This document shows positions 37,583 to 40,867 of a stretch of 40,867 bases of DNA, one piece after another. Both the position numbers and the translations under genes were made by a program. Every line of letters begins with the position of its first letter. Within the stretch, counting starts at the first letter, position 1. The notes below the pieces were generated by a model that ran no database searches, was not told where the DNA came from, and saw nothing but the letters and a program-made list of their open reading frames with translations. Origin of the DNA: an uncultured Erysipelotrichaceae bacterium. Its GTDB lineage: Bacteria; Bacillota_I; Bacilli_A; Erysipelotrichales; Erysipelotrichaceae. Location: the NCBI GenBank assembly GCA_934692455.1, contig CAKUTY010000001.1, positions 1 through 40,867 on the forward strand, written 5' to 3'.

Positions 37583-38549
37583 AGTCATCGATATTGTCTT
37601 TATTCAACCAATAGCCAAAGCCTTGTTCATATAGGTTTCCATAATAGGCATGGAAGGCAATACATTCAAGAACCATATCACTGACTTCGGCGTTGTAATG
37701 AGAATTATCAATCCAATAAGCAGAATTTGTAGTAATATCGTTATAACCTGAGAAGTTGCAAAATTCAGTTATATTAGCTAATTCTTTTAAGAATTTTAAA
37801 TAGTTTTGATCTAGTGCAGCTTCATAAGTTACATAATACATAGGATTTGTGAACACCACAAACTTAATGTTGTTGGCATCACATAATTCCTTCAATTCTT
37901 TGATTTCAGCTATCGTTTCCTTAAGACGATAGCTTTTTCCTATACTTGGTTCTGCATTATCAAAGTCATAATTACTTGTAGCTCCATAGTCAGAATTCCA
38001 ACCAAATTCATAGAAACGATAGGCATAAGAATCATCAACTTTATGTTTGTAGATGACAGTGGTTAATGATTTAAAAGCCATGGCTGGATCTAGATAATAT
38101 GAATAGAACTTAATAGGGTTTGTCTTTGATAATTCATATGAGGCATTAGAAGAACTATTATGGCTTAATGGATCAATAGTATATGACAAATTATCAACGC
38201 CTAGATAAATAGCCTTAACATAAACACCATTATCGATTAAAGTTTTCACATTGTTTAAAGCTTCTACCGGTAATCCTTCTGAATAGGTCATATTATAAGC
38301 CTTTTCTCCCCATAGATTATTGGCGTGGATATTACCAACTCTACTAGAACCAAAGATAAAAGTATCAAACTTATCAGGATTATCTAAAATATATGTCATC
38401 TTTATAAAGTTCTTATTTGGCTCTACACCATTGTCTTTAATATCTAGAGGATGAAACACATTAAAAGGATCAATATATATCGATAATGATACAGATATTA
38501 ACGCTAGAATCAAAATAAAGAATAATGTTTTTTTAATAAATCTTTTCAT
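37557..38549 (-). CDS. Membrane-anchored DltD-like/SGNH-type partner of MBOAT copy 3
   Basis: N-terminal signal anchor (TLFFILILALISVSLSIYI), TFIFGSSRVGNI (candidate nucleophile Ser), C-terminal IDNSHYN (DxxH). Starts 2 nt after the MBOAT stop. Confidence 0.55.
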   Translation of the reverse strand: MKRFIKKTLFFILILALISVSLSIYIDPFNVFHPLDIKDNGVEPNKNFIKMTYILDNPDKFDTFIFGSSRVGNIHANNLWGEKAYNMTYSEGLPVEALNNVKTLIDNGVYVKAIYLGVDNLSYTIDPLSHNSSSNASYELSKTNPIKFYSYYLDPAMAFKSLTTVIYKHKVDDSYAYRFYEFGWNSDYGATSNYDFDNAEPSIGKSYRLKETIAEIKELKELCDANNIKFVVFTNPMYYVTYEAALDQNYLKFLKELANITEFCNFSGYNDITTNSAYWIDNSHYNAEVSDMVLECIAFHAYYGNLYEQGFGYWLNKDNIDDFIVSQSKH

Positions 38550-38551
38550 AA

Positions 38552-39976
38552 TTAGAATTGGAAATAAATAAAGTTAACTTCACCTACATAATGTAGTAAT
38601 AGAATCATCAATAATAAGATGAAGTAAGCTAAGTATCTAATTGCCTTTGGCTTGTTATTTAAGATAGTTAGGGCATCATATTTAACATTTATATAATCGA
38701 TGATAAATAGTGGAATTAGATAAATTGCTAACATCGTCAATAGATATGGGGCTTTTACACCAAAGCTATATAAACCAGAGACGATATATGATTTAGGACT
38801 AGTAATACCTTCAAAGATATGTTTAAAGATATATAGGGCATCATGTAGATTGGAAGCTCTAAAGAAGACCCAAGTAATTGACATTAAGATAAAGATTAGA
38901 GAGACTTTAATAAACCATGTGAATGAATAGGTTTTAGTGTTCTTCTTAATATGAAATATATCTTCAAGGATTTGTAATAAACCATGAATACCACCCCAAA
39001 TCACAAAAGTGATATTAGCGCCATGCCATAAGCCACTTACTAGAAATGTTGCGAGTAAATTAAAGTAATGTCTAAGTCTACTACAACGATTACCACCTAG
39101 CGGAATATAGACATAGTCTTTAAACCATGATGATAAGGAGATGTGCCATCTAGACCAGAATTCTTTAATAGTTGTAGAGAAATATGGAGTCTTGAAGTTG
39201 TCCATCAAATCGATATTTAATAGTTTGGCAGAGCCTTTGGCGATATCAGAATAGCCTGAGAAGTCACAATAGATTTGGATTGTGAAAAAGAAGGCTGCTA
39301 ATACTAGGGCAAAACCTTGGTAATAAGATAAATCGTTATAAACCATATCAACATAGTAAGCTAAATTATCGGCTACAACTATTTTCTTAAAGAAACCAAC
39401 GGTCATTAACTTTAATCCATATACAGCCTTGTTGTAGTCAAATTCTTTTTCTTTTCTAAGTTGCGGTAATAGATTATCAGGTCTTTCAATGGGACCGGCA
39501 ACAAGTTGTGGAAAGAAGGATACAAATGTTGCGTAGTAGCCAAAATGTTTCTCAGCCTTAATATTTCCTCTGTAGACATCTATGCAATAACTTAATGTTT
39601 GGAAGGTATAGAAGGAAATGCCTACTGGTAATAATAAATTTAATGAAATGCTATGTAGTTTATTGCCTAGTAGGTAGTTAATTGTTTCAAAGAAAAAGTT
39701 GAAATATTTAAACACAAAAAGAATCCCTAAACAAACAAGAAGGGTAATGATTAATATTAGTTTCTTATGTTCTATATTCTTTTCTATTAAGATTGCACAT
39801 AAATAGGAAGTAAAAGTAGTGATAAATATTAGAAACACATACTTGGCGTTCCATGACATATAGAAGTAATATGAGGCAATCAACAATAAGATCCAACGGT
39901 ATTTGTTTGGTAGTAGCCAATAGATGATAAATACCAAGGGTAAAAAAATGGCATAGCTTAAAGAATTAAATAACAT
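38552..39976 (-). CDS. MBOAT-family membrane O-acyltransferase, copy 3
   Basis: Polytopic. FWSRWHISLSSWFKDYVYIPLGGNRCS...SGLWHG. TAATG overlap (minus strand) with the upstream lipid kinase gene. Confidence 0.9.
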   Translation of the reverse strand: MLFNSLSYAIFLPLVFIIYWLLPNKYRWILLLIASYYFYMSWNAKYVFLIFITTFTSYLCAILIEKNIEHKKLILIITLLVCLGILFVFKYFNFFFETINYLLGNKLHSISLNLLLPVGISFYTFQTLSYCIDVYRGNIKAEKHFGYYATFVSFFPQLVAGPIERPDNLLPQLRKEKEFDYNKAVYGLKLMTVGFFKKIVVADNLAYYVDMVYNDLSYYQGFALVLAAFFFTIQIYCDFSGYSDIAKGSAKLLNIDLMDNFKTPYFSTTIKEFWSRWHISLSSWFKDYVYIPLGGNRCSRLRHYFNLLATFLVSGLWHGANITFVIWGGIHGLLQILEDIFHIKKNTKTYSFTWFIKVSLIFILMSITWVFFRASNLHDALYIFKHIFEGITSPKSYIVSGLYSFGVKAPYLLTMLAIYLIPLFIIDYINVKYDALTILNNKPKAIRYLAYFILLLMILLLHYVGEVNFIYFQF

Positions 39977-40860
39977 TACTTACAAATCATCCTTATAGCT
40001 TTATGCATATTATCGATTGTTACATCAGTTGGACTATCTCCATACTCACCATCTAAGGTCCAAGGAATAGCTTCCTCAGTTTTAAATGTAATGTGGTTTG
40101 TCTTAAATGAATAGATTAAATCTGATTCATCAGTATTCTTTAATAAATAAGAAGTAATATCATTTAAATCTAAAATATCTTTTGGTTCTTTGATTAATAA
40201 GACCTCAAATTGACCATCATCTAATTTAACAGACTTCTTGTCCATTTTATAAAGTCCACCAACATAGTAAGTATTAGTTACCATGCCATAGATAAAATTT
40301 TCTTTGGTATGAAGTTGTTGGCAATCTACTTCAACAGCATAGGCTTTAATAGATGATAAAGACTTAATTCCTTCAATTACATAGGCTGCATGTCCAATGA
40401 TATTTTTAATGTCTTGTGGTGTTGCGTATGAAACACTTGTAAAAGCTCCAAAGGCTGCAACATAGACAAAGTACTTATCATTGTATTTGCCCATGTCTAC
40501 ATCTTTATAATTACCATAAGGAATAAGTTCAGCAGCTTTAGCCATATCACGAGGAATCTTTAGTGAATGAGCGAAGTCATTAGTGCTGCCTGATGGAATA
40601 TAACCAAGTGGCGGTATTTCATTAGGATTATTTAATAAACCATTGACTACTTCATTAAGAGTACCATCTCCTCCTGAACAGATTACTAAATCAAAAAGAT
40701 GGCCTTTATTTTTAACATATTCACTAGCCTCATCTCTTCTAGTAGTTGGGACAACAGTTAGTTCATATTTTGCGTTGGCAAAGACGTTTAGAATATCGTA
40801 TAGACGATTTTTAATTTGAGTTTTCCCTGAAAAAGGGTTATATACAAATAATACTTTCAT
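39976..40860 (-). CDS. DagK/YegS/BmrU-family lipid kinase (diacylglycerol-kinase catalytic domain)
   Basis: KVLFVYNPFSGK, VICSGGDGTLNEVVNGL, IPSGSTNDFA, DGEYG: the soluble DAGK_cat family pattern. The start codon is 7 nt from the window edge, so the promoter is not visible. Confidence 0.85.
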   Translation of the reverse strand: MKVLFVYNPFSGKTQIKNRLYDILNVFANAKYELTVVPTTRRDEASEYVKNKGHLFDLVICSGGDGTLNEVVNGLLNNPNEIPPLGYIPSGSTNDFAHSLKIPRDMAKAAELIPYGNYKDVDMGKYNDKYFVYVAAFGAFTSVSYATPQDIKNIIGHAAYVIEGIKSLSSIKAYAVEVDCQQLHTKENFIYGMVTNTYYVGGLYKMDKKSVKLDDGQFEVLLIKEPKDILDLNDITSYLLKNTDESDLIYSFKTNHITFKTEEAIPWTLDGEYGDSPTDVTIDNMHKAIRMICK

Positions 40861-40867
40861 ACTTAAA

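Noticed and set aside
1-40867. Looked for CRISPR arrays, tRNA/rRNA, IS elements, integrases, prophage genes, toxin-antitoxin or defence-system genes, and riboswitch-sized leaders.
   Set aside because: None found. All intergenic gaps are 107 nt or shorter, every long ORF has an envelope-glycan-related assignment or is a polytopic membrane protein, and the only tandem repeat is the in-frame 24-bp unit in the LCP tail.

Overview
This 40.9-kb window is AT-rich (by eye about 30% G+C) and almost entirely coding. It reads with the standard bacterial code, with TGA used as a stop. I support 30 protein genes. I see no rRNA or tRNA, no CRISPR array, and no transposase, integrase or other mobile-element gene. 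The whole window is one very large cell-envelope glycopolymer synthesis and decoration locus (cell-wall polysaccharide, teichoic-acid-type or capsule) from a low-G+C Gram-positive-type bacterium. It looks Bacillota-like, but the species cannot be assigned from sequence alone.

Content:
- Nucleotide-sugar genes: an RmlA-type thymidylyltransferase, a WecE-type 4-aminotransferase, a UDP-glucose 6-dehydrogenase carrying an N-terminal XRE helix-turn-helix, and a UDP-galactopyranose mutase.
- Glycosyltransferases: seven cytoplasmic GT2 (one cut by the window edge, one fused to a PD40/TolB-like propeller), one GT4, and two GtrB/CsbB-type polyprenyl-phosphate GT2 enzymes.
- Seven polytopic GT-C-like membrane proteins, two of which are YfhO-like paralogs.
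- Three MBOAT acyltransferases, each followed by an extracytoplasmic esterase-fold partner (one AlgJ/AlgX-like, two DltD-like).
- A multidomain LCP ligase with PASTA-like repeats and a Pro-rich tail, a GH9 lipoprotein, and a DagK-family lipid kinase.

Organisation: the genes lie in seven strand blocks with many 1-4 nt stop/start overlaps and three convergent 3' overlaps. There is only one convincing intrinsic terminator (32284-32312).

Missing from the window: a priming phosphoglycosyltransferase, a Wzx/Wzy or ABC exporter, a GtrA-type flippase, RmlB, and any N-acetyltransferase.

Most noteworthy:
- the XRE-Ugd fusion
- the density of GT-C enzymes organised around two Und-P-sugar synthases
- the three non-dlt MBOAT modules, one translationally coupled to a lipid kinase
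- the LCP-PASTA protein
- the GH9 lipoprotein inside the locus
- the GT2-propeller fusion

All family assignments come from reading motifs by eye and from memory. No searches were run.
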